Source: Mytilus trossulus (Eukaryota). From it: a DNA stretch of 64,000 nt. Positions 35,658 to 47,728 of this stretch are shown here, in pieces (within the stretch, counting starts at the first letter, position 1; each line of letters opens with the position of its first letter). The stretch covers positions 13,454,001 through 13,518,000 of the forward strand of contig NC_086374.1 in the NCBI RefSeq assembly GCF_036588685.1, in the 5' to 3' direction. A program made the translations under genes and the position numbers. The notes beneath the pieces are model-generated. The model saw only the letters and a program-made list of their open reading frames with translations. It did not search any database and was not told the origin of the DNA.

Positions 35658-36175
35658 GTAACAGGAAAACAATATCCGTATGTTAACACTTTTATATCGG
35701 TTGTTGAAATGATTGAACAATCTGCCTTATGTTAAAACGGTAAATATGTTTTGTTTTTCTTTCCAATATTAAATAATTTTGACAGCTACCTTAGTATCTT
35801 TATTTGTGTTCCTTTAATTCATTAATGGATTAAAAATACTGACCTTGTAATTTGTTTTGTCTAAAGAAAAAAACCATGATCCGAGAACCAGTATGCGATC
35901 GAAAGACAAAACTACCGTTACCAGCATTTGCCTCGATAAACTGAATCAATTCATGAATGCCGTGTCTATACACTTGTCTAAAACTAGAATATATTTAGAT
36001 AAGAATTGACTAAATAACTGAATATACGGTGGAATTCGGAGATAGAGGCAAGCTATCATGATGGTTTCTTGATAGCCATGGCTCGTATGTACTTAGATTC
36101 ACTGAAACCATTCTGAGCAATAACAAAAAATAATTAGGTATAATTAAACATTTAATCAATTCCTTGCCTTCAATT

Positions 36176-36862
36176 CTAGCAGGTTGGTAAAGGTTCGGTT
36201 AATTCAAACACTTTATGTTTAATACTTTGTATAATTAGTGGACTTCTAACCTGTCGTTGTATTAAGCGACTAGGACGTATCTGGTCTTTTTGCATTCTTT
36301 CAAGAGCTACCGTCTTTCCTCGTCCCATTTCACCCGCCTTTTTAAGTCTTATAACTTCCGTTTTGTTCCTAAGTTTCTCAGCCCTGATAGACACATTTTC
36401 TAAATATTCTTTATGTCGAAGCCTAGCTTCAAGAATGCGCGTCTCTGTTCGTCTTCCTGATTCTCTGAGTTTAACCTTATTCTTTGGTAACCAGATTTGT
36501 TTTTGTTCCTCACCATCTTCTGTTCGTTGTTTCTTTTGCCGTTTTCTTTCAGTTGTTTCACATGCTTTACAAATTTCTTCAAAGAATGCTTTTGACAAGT
36601 TTCCAGAAAATAATAGTTTTACCAGATATGGTGTTCCATACGACCACAGATTCGAGTTATCCGTCATCTGACGAGCATTGCTATTATTGGATGAATACAG
36701 CGACGACAATGTCGGGAATTTCTTCTGGAAATGTTTAACAGTTACTCGGAAATCTTCTTTAGTTTCTTGTATATTTGAGGTTGGCTTTTTAAGATAAAAT
36801 TTCGGTATACGTGGGGATGACGGTATAACCAGAGACGGCAAAGTCTGTACACATGCCGTCAT
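36176..36862 (-). CDS. Uncharacterised intronless 228-aa basic protein with a predicted charged helical C-terminal half
   Basis: ATG-to-TAG ORF of 687 nt in very AT-rich DNA, where such a length is unlikely by chance. It lies outside recognisable repeats and has locally higher GC. No family was recognised. Confidence 0.62.
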   Translation of the reverse strand: MTACVQTLPSLVIPSSPRIPKFYLKKPTSNIQETKEDFRVTVKHFQKKFPTLSSLYSSNNSNARQMTDNSNLWSYGTPYLVKLLFSGNLSKAFFEEICKACETTERKRQKKQRTEDGEEQKQIWLPKNKVKLRESGRRTETRILEARLRHKEYLENVSIRAEKLRNKTEVIRLKKAGEMGRGKTVALERMQKDQIRPSRLIQRQVRSPLIIQSIKHKVFELTEPLPTC

Positions 36863-36981
36863 ACCAGATTACTTGATCCAATAACCAACAGAGGTCTCCA
36901 TGCATTCTACAATGTGTCGTTGCTACGGAACGTCACTGTGAAACTAAAGATAACTCGCATTAACTTTAATATAACGTCTTA

Positions 36982-37188
36982 TACTGTGGATTTCAAATTA
37001 TTATCTTGGGTGCCAATTTTCGTGGGTTGTGGAAAGCTTGCTACTTCATATGTGATTTCGTTGTTTTCCCAGTCTGCATACAACCTTATTTTAAATTTGT
37101 AATTCCTTAATTACTTAAATTCGTGGTTCACCTGTACTCACGAAAACTACAAAAAATTGTACCCAACGAATAATAATTAATCCACAGA
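36982..37188. mobile_element. Small MITE
   Basis: Inverted ends ctgtggatt ... aatccacag. Confidence 0.5.
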
Positions 37189-37377
37189 TTAAAAAAGATA
37201 AAGTTGACTTGTATGGTATGATTGTCAAGGAGACATTTCTCCATAAGAAATCAAATGACACAGAAATTAACACACTGATCGACCTTCGCATAATATCCAT
37301 GAATTATTAAATAAACAATGATTGCAAACCATTCAATTTAAAAAAAAAAAAAAGGGAGGGGGGGGGGGGGTATGTTT

Positions 37378-38300
37378 TTTTTAGTCGAGCTTGCAACTTC
37401 TGTAAAAAGAACGCTCGACATAGGGATAGTGATCCGACTGCGGCGTTAGCTAACTTCGTAAAAGCTTAGAAGGTGGAAGACCTGGATACTTCATTGTAAT
37501 AGGATAAATCTATTAAGTATGTTCGTATCTTGCAAGGTCCTCACACCAGTCACACAGTTTTCATTTGACCTCGACCTCATGTCATAGATCGGTTAACCGG
37601 TTCGTATGGATAGTAAACCCGGCAATTGTAACAAGCCCCTGTGGTTCAGTGGTCAATTTTTTTTTTAATTTTCAAATACTGTTTGCAATATTTCAAGTAT
37701 GTTGGTGTATGGAAATATTGAATGATGTACATGACCTTATTTACACGGTCCATTGGCGATTTGCTCAGTGTTAAGTTTTTGTGTTTTGGTCCGTTTTTCT
37801 TATGTAAAAAAGAAGATGTGGTATGATTGCCAATGAGACAACCATCCACAAAAACCAAAATGACACAAACATTAACAACTATAGGTCACCGTACGGCTTT
37901 CAACAATGAGCAAAGCCCATACCGCATAGTCAGCTATAAAAGGCCCCGATAAGAAAAAACTATTAAGCAATAGGCCAACTATATTTGTTGTATGAAAGTA
38001 TTTTAATGTGTATATGTCTGTCTGGTAGGTATCATCTGACCTTGGCCCCGTTTTCATGGTTCATTGGTCATTACTAAGTTTTCATGGTTAATACTAAAGA
38101 AGAAAGATGATCAAAGATGCACGGTATGATTGCCAACGAGACAACTCTCCACAAGAGACCAAAATGACACAGAAATTAACAACTATAGGTCACCGTATGG
38201 CCTTTTCGAACTTATAAGCAATAGGTCAACAATATTTTAATAATGCATATATATACCTACTAGATTGAATGTAAGGTGTACATGGTTCATTGGTTAATTT
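37378..38300 (+). mobile_element. Diverged third-family HINE-like copy interrupted by SINE-like fragments (~37805-37955 and ~38110-38205)
   Basis: gtcgagc...gctcgacatagggatagtgatccg head as at 24264, with degenerate 148-bp units. Confidence 0.65.
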
Positions 38301-38742
38301 ATAATTATCTTTGTTGAAACTTTTTCTTCGAAATTATAATGAGAAATTGAATGGAAAGTATTTTCTCCCATATCCCTCCAATGAAAGAAAATGACACGTC
38401 TTTAAGAGCAACAATAATCACTGAGGATATACATGTATATATATTAAAAAACCAAACATGTTCGTGTTGGTCAATAGTTCATTGATAAAAATAGATTTTT
38501 GGTTTGGTGTTAGATTGCTCCCGGTTCTGAATGTCACAGTCTGAATGCTGATTGTTCTTTAGAATTATTATATAAGGGATATGTTAATCGTTAGCCTTAT
38601 TGATATTATTCTAACGTTAGTTATCGAGATTAAATTGTTTTCTCATAAAATATATATTCCTTCAATGTGAATTAGGAAAGTAATTTTTATATTTTTTCAA
38701 TGAAATAAGCGTCCTACTTTCACTTTCGTTTTGATCTGTGCG

Positions 38743-41700
38743 ATGACTCTCGTTGTGAAAAACTTGCAAAAGGTTGTTCATTTTAATATTGGCTTATTGG
38801 AAAACCATGTGATGTTATTGAGAAGGCTGATGGACATAACTTCATTCGATTTAGGTGTTGTTTGTTATGACAATAAATCAATTCATAAACTGAATAAGAC
38901 TTACAGAGGCGAGGATGAATCAACGGATGTTTTAGCTTTCCCTTTTATAGAGGTAAGAGTTCGAATTAGTTGAATTATTCATTTTCAGTATTAAAAGTTC
39001 GTAGCAGCTTTGTTTTTACTGCTAGTCTTGGGAAAAGTGAAAACTTTAGGTGCCTTTAGCCTTTAAAACAGGGTTTGCTTTAGCCTTAATAATTGTGGCG
39101 GAGTTCAATGTGAACTGAGGTCCAAATACAAAAACAAAAATCTTAGAGGAATATATGGACCTTTGTCAGTTGATGCACCGTATTTAATGACGAAGTTCCA
39201 CATTCCTCAAATTCATATAGGACATATAGGAATGCACATATGTCAGTGACTCAGTTTCATTCGTCATGTTTGGTGACCAAGGTCTCCATTAAAATAAGGG
39301 TTCATTCGATCATCTTCTTTTCAAAACATGTTAAACCCCGTCATAATGTTTCATAAATTGACACAACTCGGAACTTCAAATAATAAAAAGGAATGATGTT
39401 TTTTTTAATTTTCTCGTTGGATGCATTATGTTTATAAGTGGAGAATTTGTATATCAGAAAGTGGAAGCATGGACCAGTGGCAGCTAGTACCAAAAGTATA
39501 CATTGACATTTATTTTACTTAAATCAGAGGCTTTATAGATTAAGATCAACAGCAACAAAAATACGCTGACATAAGCGACAAAAAAAAACAGCCTACAAAA
39601 AATAATGAAATTTTTAGCATGAGTGACACGAACACTAAAAAAACTGGGGTGTTCTTAGGTGCTCCTGAAGGATATAAGCAGATAACTGCAATTAAGAAAT
39701 GTTTGGCTTTTTATGATAGTTATGGTTGTCTATGGTTTGTTTGGCTTTTTATGATAATTATGGTTGTCTATGGTTTGTTCATTCCATTTTCAAACTGAAC
39801 TTGCTTTTGAAGTATTGTTAGTATCTATCTTCAGTTAGCATCTAATTTCAGAATAAAAGTCTAATCATGAATGGTAATTAACCCCTTCCAAACAGTCAGC
39901 TAATATGGCTATTCTTTCTTAGCTTAGAAATGGAATATATAATGTTATTAGGATATGATAATATAAGTACTCAATAATTTTGAAAAATGAAATATTCAAG
40001 AAGAAGCAATAGTAACGAGATATAACTTTGGCCTAGGGGATTTAGTCTTCACTTTGATATTTTGAAATATGTATGCTACTACCGAAGATCAAATCAATAA
40101 AAGTTAAAATACCTGTTTTGATCGAAGGCTTGTGTCTTATTAGATATTATGTTTATTATTTCAGGTAATCGAGCCAGGTATTCTTCCATTTATAAAAGAT
40201 CCCGAAGAAAGAATTCTCGGCGATATCGCACTAGGCATACCGTATATTAAAGACAATCTAGAAGAGAACGAGAAACTGGAAGAGGTTTTACCGGTTAGAT
40301 CATTAGACTATTATATATATGTTCAGGACCATATGAGTGTTTGGACCATACACGTATGGTCATGACCATATGCGTATACTCATATAGTCCGACCATACGC
40401 GTATGGTCCAATCATACGCGTATCAATAGAATTAGAAGTTACCGATCTTTGCGATAAAGTCCAATGTATGTATGCCGTTTTGCATAATCATGTTTTCCCC
40501 CACGTGGAATGGTATTGGATGTGACATAGATTAGGCCACACTTAAAAATATTTTGGTTTGCCCAAACCCTACCCAAAGGTTGAGACAGGGGGTAGGTAGG
40601 TAGGCATTTTCTTCTTTTTTTTTCAAAAGAAGAAATTGAAGTATCAGGTGTTTATTAGTCTTCATGTCTATTTGATTAAAAAAAAACTTCTTCAAATCAG
40701 GACAATAAAAGAATTTGAGTAGGCAGCTTTTTTCTGGGTAGGTAGCGTTTGGGCAAACAAACCTATTATTTATTATGGCCTTATATATGCATGTTGTGTA
40801 CCTATGTTCGTCCTCTCGGGGTGGTTATGTCATATTCGTAATTAAGGTCATCAGATGATGTACTTTCGTAATAATGTTCTTCACTTTAAAACCCATTCTA
40901 AGGAATAGAGGCATGGAACTTTTGTTAACAAAAGTGTCGGATATATAAACACGGTTTTATCTATCCCATAAGGATGACCATAGGATGTCATGAAGCAGGT
41001 GACTGGTCCCTATTTATATTTAATATTAAAAGAGGATTTAAAAATTGAAGTGTGTGAAAGCTGAAAGGCGTTTGAACTGGTTTTGTTCCACCGCTATAAT
41101 AAATCGTGATTTGTTCCCAGGAATCATTCATTTGATCAAATTTTAACAAATGAAATTTTATATATATAACTATACTTTTAAGTCTGAATGGAAAGCCCGT
41201 GGCGGCGTGAATAAATGAAACTGTATGCTTTGAATGTCTGAAATGTATAACATAACTTTGGTAAACTTGGCACTGAATAATTTGTTTCGATAAGCAGCAA
41301 CTATATGTTTCTAAGATAAGAATGCCGGATATTCGAAATATCATTTTTCATTTTTTTACTCATCAGGTGAGGGGCACCGAATGGTTTTGTTTTAAAAAAA
41401 ATTATCTAAATTTTTTGCTGCAACTCCGTTTTAAGTTTTTTTGTTCTACGATCATACAGTCTCCCATTTTGAAAATCTTTGGACCATGGTTCACCTATTT
41501 GAAAATTCTGTACCATAGCGGCACTGCTATTAACAAGTTACCGTACGTAAATAAATGATGTAAAAATTATTTGTTTCTATTCTGACAGGTTATGGTTACT
41601 CACGGAATCTGCCATCTGATTGGATACGACCACGAAGACGAGGTTCAGTGGAAACAAATGTACCAAAAAGAACTTAACATACTTCAGAAATTTAACGATC

Positions 41701-41753
41701 GGACCGGTTTTAACTGCAAACCATTGTTAGGCGTGGGACACTTTGTTCAATGA
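38743..41753 (+). CDS. YBEY: Endoribonuclease YbeY (UPF0054), 167 aa, complete
   Basis: Exons 38743-38952, 40165-40293 and 41589-41753 (phase 0, GT-AG). Motifs LNKTYRGEDESTDVLAFP, LGDIALG and the zinc-binding HGICHLIGYDH. Confidence 0.96.
40534..40780. mobile_element. PIF/Harbinger (Tourist-like) MITE in YBEY intron 2
   Basis: TTA|ggcca...tttgcccaaaccctacc ... ggtagcgtttgggcaaa...tggcc|TTA. Confidence 0.75.
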
Positions 41754-42762
41754 CATTTTACATTTTTTTTTGCAAGTCTATAACATGATCTTATCGGTCA
41801 ATTTGTGTCACCATACTTTGATTTTATTTTCGTGGTTATATATGGTATGTATAATTACTGATCAACAATGTATCCGACATTTGAATGCTAAGAATGTTGC
41901 CGAAACCTCACTTTTCAACCGCATGTGTCAATTTTTAGTATTAGTATGTGGCATGATGTGAAAGAGGTACAAGTGAATAAGATGAAGTTCTATAACCTGA
42001 ATAACAATAAAAAGCATTATCATGCTAGTGTATGTTTGATTGTGTTGCTTATTATGGTTTGTCAGAGTACTTAAACTTGTATTCATCTAGAATTTGGTAC
42101 ATCTGTAGATACACAAATGCAACCTAATGAACACATAACAAAATTCCGCATACAACTTTGCCATGAACCGTCCTGAAATTGCAGTTATTCACAAGGCCTT
42201 ACATTGTGTTGAAGGCCTCATTGCGACTTTGAGTTCAAGAACAGTAATAAAATTGGTTCCTTTCCTTTTCTGTAAGTGCGTGTTCGGATTTTTTTGTGTC
42301 ATGAATGAATATCCTTTTTCATTACACTGACAAAAGTGTTTGTCGAGATCGTGAACGTTCAGTTCACATCAACCGGCATGCGATAACTTCCCATATGTGT
42401 ACTTACTCAACTTTGGTATTATCTTTTTTTAAGAAATTTTTGTGTTTTCCCCCAATATTCATCCTATTTATTCCTGTCAAAACTTAAAGAGAACCATTGA
42501 CATTGCTGTGCATGATTATTTTTCTTCAGCATTTGCCATGCCAGGATATTCATATTCCAAACCTTACCCCTAAATAAAACTATCAAATGACCGTCCCCTT
42601 ATTTTATACGACTTTAACCTGATGGATTGTTGGTTTCTTATTTTTAAACATCCAGTGGCAAATATTTCATGCATGGCCATGACGACACGAGTTTAAAGGT
42701 CAAGTATATCTTTTATATACAAAAATAATCTTGTTTAGTTTAATACTTTAAACTTATTTGAC

Positions 42763-43039
42763 ACGGCCTTCAACAATGAGCAAAGCCCATACCACATATA
42801 GTCAGCTATAAAGGGCCCCGATAAGACAATGTAAAACAATTCAAACGAGAAAACTAACGGCCTTATTTATGTAAAAAAAAAATGAACGAAAAACAAATAT
42901 ATAACACATAAACAAACGACAACCACTGAATTACAGGCTCCTGACTTGGGACAGGCACATACATAAATAATGTGGCGGGGTTAAACATGTTAGCGGGATC
43001 CCAACCCTCCCCCTAACCTGGGACAGTGGTATAACAGTA
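42763..43039 (-). repeat. Interspersed SINE-like repeat copy
   Basis: Reverse complement of 45321-45544. Contains ggctcctgacttgggacagg, which is shared with ~51013. Confidence 0.8.
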
Positions 43040-43714
43040 TGTCTTTTTCGTCAGACAAGCATTGAACATTGTGTGTGTACAGTCCTGTATTATTCAGCAA
43101 ATGGAGCATAGTTTATTCCCATTGGATACAACACCATTGTCTCTCTAAAACAAAACATTATCAAGCAAAATTAAGTTATATGGGCTTGGGCTTTAATCGT
43201 TTTGTTTGTGGGTCTTTCGTGGTGCACGAACATCATATATCACCAGTCTGATTAAAAACAGCCCCACTATCTACTTGCCTACAAACGCAAGTGGATACCG
43301 GGGGCTGGGTTTAATCTGACTGATGTATCAAATGCGTTGTTTAATTATATTCCATGAAAACGGAATAGCTGTAAAGAACTCGCATTCTCATCCCGTTTGC
43401 TTTACCAATTCTTGTTTCAATGACTATTCGATTAAGTAATATCACAGCATTTTAATCATTCGTTTAATATCACAGTATAACAAATGTTACATTATATGCA
43501 ACTAAATAACAACAATAATTCATGTCTTTGCTTTGGGACTAAACAGTGTCCCCTGTAAGTTATAAATTCACACTGTTCACAATCTTTTAGTTTTTGTTTC
43601 AAACAGAAACTATATATATATGTATAGCTGTGTCAGTTCATATCTGTCATCTTTTTTCACCTTTGGTTCAGATCTAGTTGTGATGATTTATCTTCAGCCT
43701 GTTTTCAACTTCGG

Positions 43715-44818
43715 TTAAAAGAAGTCCATGTCGAATGCGTTAAACATCATTGCTGCCCGTGCAAGATTGTTGCCTTAAAAACAAATTGATGCAATATCAA
43801 TATAAAGTTTCATTAAAAAAAAGAAGTACAGTTGAATTCTTAGTGACCAATGAATATGTTCTATTGCATATAGATTTGACTAGTATTCAATATGTATCTT
43901 TTAGCTATGTTTCAATTTCGGACAACTCAAATATTTAATGAAAAAATAATTCATTCATATCAAGAAGGAGGAACTTCATATATTATAAATTAATTATATC
44001 TTTTGTAAATTAAGTCAATTAGAAAAGGGCAAAATATCTTGCTACAATATTTGTCTTGCTTTCAACTTGACATGAATATAGAATATAATATAGTAAATTC
44101 CCCGTGACTGCGACCAGATGGTTTGCGCTTTGAAAATAACCTGCGGTTAAAGCTTACCTACACAGATAAATTCGATTCAGGACATCGTGTACCAATAGCC
44201 CATCCTTGTTTATATCACTTCATATGGGTAAAATAATTAATAGGGGACAATTTAAATCTGTATTTTTATATCGCCCCTCTTAACTATATCTGTCCGTCCC
44301 TACGTGAATTCATAAATGTGTTTTATGTATAATCAAATTTTCTTACCTCCGAAAAAGTTTCTGTTTGTTTGAAAACGGTTGCTAGCAGAATTTCTTGATG
44401 TTCGTCGTTGACTGTTGGATCTTGGACGGTTTTGAACACGACGTTGGGCTTGGTTTCGAGATGATCTCTGTGAGTTTCTAGAATTTTGATTTTGAGATCT
44501 TCTTCTGCCAGTACTGGATCTTGAAAAAGTTTGCTGTCTGCGTGGTTGGAGACCAAATCCTCTTTGTCCCCAACGTTGGCGTCTTCTTAAGCCTCCTCCA
44601 AAGAATCGGTTTCTGTAGGATTCGCCTGAATCGTCATCGTAATAATTGCTGTTATCGTCATACAAGCTATTTGAATCCGAGTCTCTAGAACTTCTGAAAC
44701 TTCTGGAATTTCTGGAATTTCCGATAAATGAATCACCATAATTGTCTGAATCTCTGTCCCAGAACTGTGCACATATACTTCCAAAAAGTACACAAACTAT
44801 AATTTCACGGAACATCAT
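43715..44818 (-). CDS. Uncharacterised secreted low-complexity protein (acidic D/S/N/Y block followed by an R/S/N/Q block), 176 aa
   Basis: Exon 1 is 44818-44347 (donor G|GTAAG) and exon 2 is 43773-43715 (acceptor tttttaag; GNNLARAAMMFNAFDMDFF*). The phase-1 join is in frame. The N-terminus MMFREIIVCVLFGSICA is signal-peptide-like, and a TATA box lies upstream. Confidence 0.8.
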
Positions 44819-44860
44819 TGTAAAAGTAACCTTTTCGACAGGACTGGCTGTCTGAAATGT

Positions 44861-44895
44861 AATGATTCGATTGTATAGCATGCATTCTTTTTATA
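44861..44895 (-). promoter_or_regulatory. TATA box plus initiator-like element of the secreted-protein gene
   Basis: TATAAAAA begins at 44895 and TCATT lies at 44865-44861 (~30 bp spacing). CCAAT motifs occur at ~44938 and ~44981. Confidence 0.6.
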
Positions 44896-45320
44896 CAGTC
44901 GAAACGATGATTATAATAGTCTAAAGATAATTATTAACCAATAAAAACTTAACGTCATTCACTACGACAACTGTCAACAACCAATCAAAACGCTCAAGTT
45001 AAGGCTTTACAACGAAGGCGTGTATTTTATTATTATTACTGACCTTTATAATAATAAGCTTGACAGTTATGAGATCTTGGTGTCCAATTATCTTATTTCC
45101 GTTTTATTAAAAAAAAGTTAACATTTGTATTCTTTTTGTTTGGCGGAATGCTAGGAAATCTATGCCTATAATCAGATTTTTAGAAGAATTTTTTTTTTTA
45201 GATTTATTATATATATATATCTTTAATTCATTTTGAAATACATAACTTGAGTGTCCAGATATAACAAAAGAGTCTCAATTTAAAATAACTTTTAATCCTG
45301 TTCAATTAGTTATAAATGCA

Positions 45321-45636
45321 TAACCCCGCCACATATGTTTATGTATGTGCCTGTCCCAAGTCAGGAGCCTGTAATTCAGTGGCAATTTGTTGTTTGTTTG
45401 TGTGTTACATATTTGTTTTTCGTTCATTTTTTTTACATAAATAAGGCCGTTAGTTTTCTCGTTTGAATTGTTTTACATGGTCTTATCGTGGCCTTTTATA
45501 GCTGACTATATGCGGTATTGCCTGGCTCATTGTTGAAGGCCGTACGGTGATCTATAATTGTTAATGTTTGTGTCATTTTGGTCTTTTGTGGATAGTTGTC
45601 TCATTGGCAATCATACCACATCTTCTTTTTTTTTTA
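45321..45636 (+). repeat. Interspersed SINE-like repeat copy
   Basis: taaccccgccaca...cctgtcccaagtcaggagcc...ctcattgttgaaggccgtacggtga...gtctcattggcaatcataccacatcttc. Related pieces occur at ~35-150, 37810, 38110, 55205 and 62480. Confidence 0.8.
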
Positions 45637-46499
45637 TATATAACATCAATTTCAGTTTAATTTCCAAACCTGCAAAGGAATTTTATTAATGTTTTTGTTT
45701 TTCTGAGTGCTGTATCATTAACAAAATGTTTTTAAAAGAATCATTATGAAGAAAAACGTACACGGGAAAATACAAAGAATCACCAAAATGTTGGATTTCA
45801 ATATTTACATTTATTTATGTCGATGACTAAGGTCATGATTTTGTCAAACGAGTTTTATTGCCTTATAATAATTGTTCAATAATTACCCTTGTCCGACAAG
45901 TCACATGTACATATCTAGGTGTTGGTGGACATGATGATTATATATTTATTGCTTTCTGTGTACAAAGCAGTTTAGAGGTCTGTCAAATATAGAAATTCGT
46001 GAAATATGTTCTATAATGAGAAAACATTTGATTTCCGTTGTGTATTACTTATGCAAAGGGTATTTAATGACAGTAATTGTGAATACACCATGGAGTTTCC
46101 CAGGGATGTCCGTTGATAACTCGTCCATTTGTTTCTTAAAAAGTCGTTGGACTGAATATATTGTGTTTAACAATATAAAGATACGGTTTAATCTATACAT
46201 TCGTTGATAAGAATTATACACTCTCTTTTTTACCCGTATTAGTTAATCTTACATTAAAAATCAACAATAACTTGAAAATATTCTTATAGACGATGTAAGA
46301 CAAGTTTAGTTTACCGTTGAAAATATTGTATTGCAATAATTAAGCAATGTGAGTGGACCGAGAAACAGTGTGAGTGGACCGAGAAAAAACCCAACAACCC
46401 TGTGATTTAAATTATTCTATATTCTGATAGTATATATAATATAGACGTTTCGCAAACGGGTTTAATTATTCGTAGTCTAAATCTAGGGGAAATATAATT

Positions 46500-47195
46500 A
46501 CAACCCCGATTTAAAAAATGGGGTATACTGTTTTTGCCTCTGTCTGTTCGTCCGTCCATCCGTCCCATGAATATTTTTCGTCGCATCTTTTTCAGGAACA
46601 ACATTCTAAGGATTTCTGAAATTTGGTTTAAGGGTTCGTACAAGTCCGCTTTATCGTGTGATGCATTTTCATATTCATCTTACAGAGCGAGTTGCAGATT
46701 TTCGTCAGTTTTCTCAGGAACTCCTATACAAGGATTTCTGAAATTTGGTTTCGGGGTTAATATAAATCAGCTATTTCCGTAGCTGCGGAACCGTAGCTCA
46801 TAGGTCCTTTTGTTATTTTTTGACTATTTGCGAGTTATAAAAATGTCCTCACGTTTTCTCAAGAACTACAATAAAAAGATCTCAGAAATAAAATTATTTG
46901 TTTTCAGGGTTTATATAAGTCAGCTATATCAAGGATTTGTCACAGTATAGTCACGCTAACCGGCTCAAATGGAAGTTTTTAACGACCTTGACCTTCACGG
47001 CTTGCACGGTCGGTATAGTGCTACTTTACAAATCCTTGGCTATATTACCGGGTATATACATACCTGAGACATATACACACAGTGTGGCTATACCGTACAC
47101 ATGTGATGCGTTTTCAGATTCATCACTCTCAACAACTTCCTGTTTATCGAAATATTTGGGCGGGGGTATCATCAGTGAGCAGTAACTAGAAATTT
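46500..47195 (+). mobile_element. Degenerate HINE-like element
   Basis: 5' hairpin acccc...ggggt, (GTCC)n, repeated aggatttctgaaatttggttt units, and 3' ggcgggggtatcatcagtgagc. Confidence 0.5.
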
Positions 47196-47309
47196 CAATT
47201 GTTTTTCATTATTTTTTAGCCATAGGTACATTGTTACTGAGGATATGTCATATATTAGGCACGCGTTTCAGAAAAAAATTATATACCTTCAAATATATTA
47301 ATTTAAGTT

Positions 47310-47728
47310 TTTTGATTGAGTTAAGCCTGCCAATTGATATTTTATAGTGTGTTTTCTATGTTGTGATGTTATGCTATTGTTTCAAAAAAAGGGAAAAGTT
47401 TTGTAACCATTAAAACGTTTAATCCCACTGCAACTGTTTGCACCTGTCCTAAGTCAGGAATCTGTTGTACAGTAGTTGTCGTTTGTTTATGTAATTTATA
47501 CGTATTTCTCGTTTCTCATTTTTTTATATAGATTAGACCGTTAGTTTTCCCGTTTGAATGGTTTTACACTAGTAATTTTGGGGCCCTTTATAGCTTGTTG
47601 TTCGGTGTCAGCCAAGGCTCCGCGTTGAAGACCGTACATTGACATATAATGGTTTTACTTTTTTAAATTGCTATTTGGATAGAGAGTTGTCTCATTGGCA
47701 CTCACACCACATCTTCCTATATCTATTT
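47310..47728 (+). repeat. SINE-like repeat, related subfamily
   Basis: cctgtcctaagtcaggaa...cgtttgaat...cttttatagct...gttgtctcattggcactcacaccacatcttc is collinear with 45321-45636. Confidence 0.7.

Noticed and set aside
38743-41753. YbeY as a bacterial horizontal transfer or contamination
   Set aside because: It has spliceosomal introns, and YBEY is a normal eukaryotic (mitochondrial) gene.
44333-44881. The ORF-track version of the secreted protein (182 aa, ending GKKI)
   Set aside because: Its upstream ATG lies between the TATA box and the putative start site, and a strong donor at 44346 with an in-frame exon 2 gives a better model.
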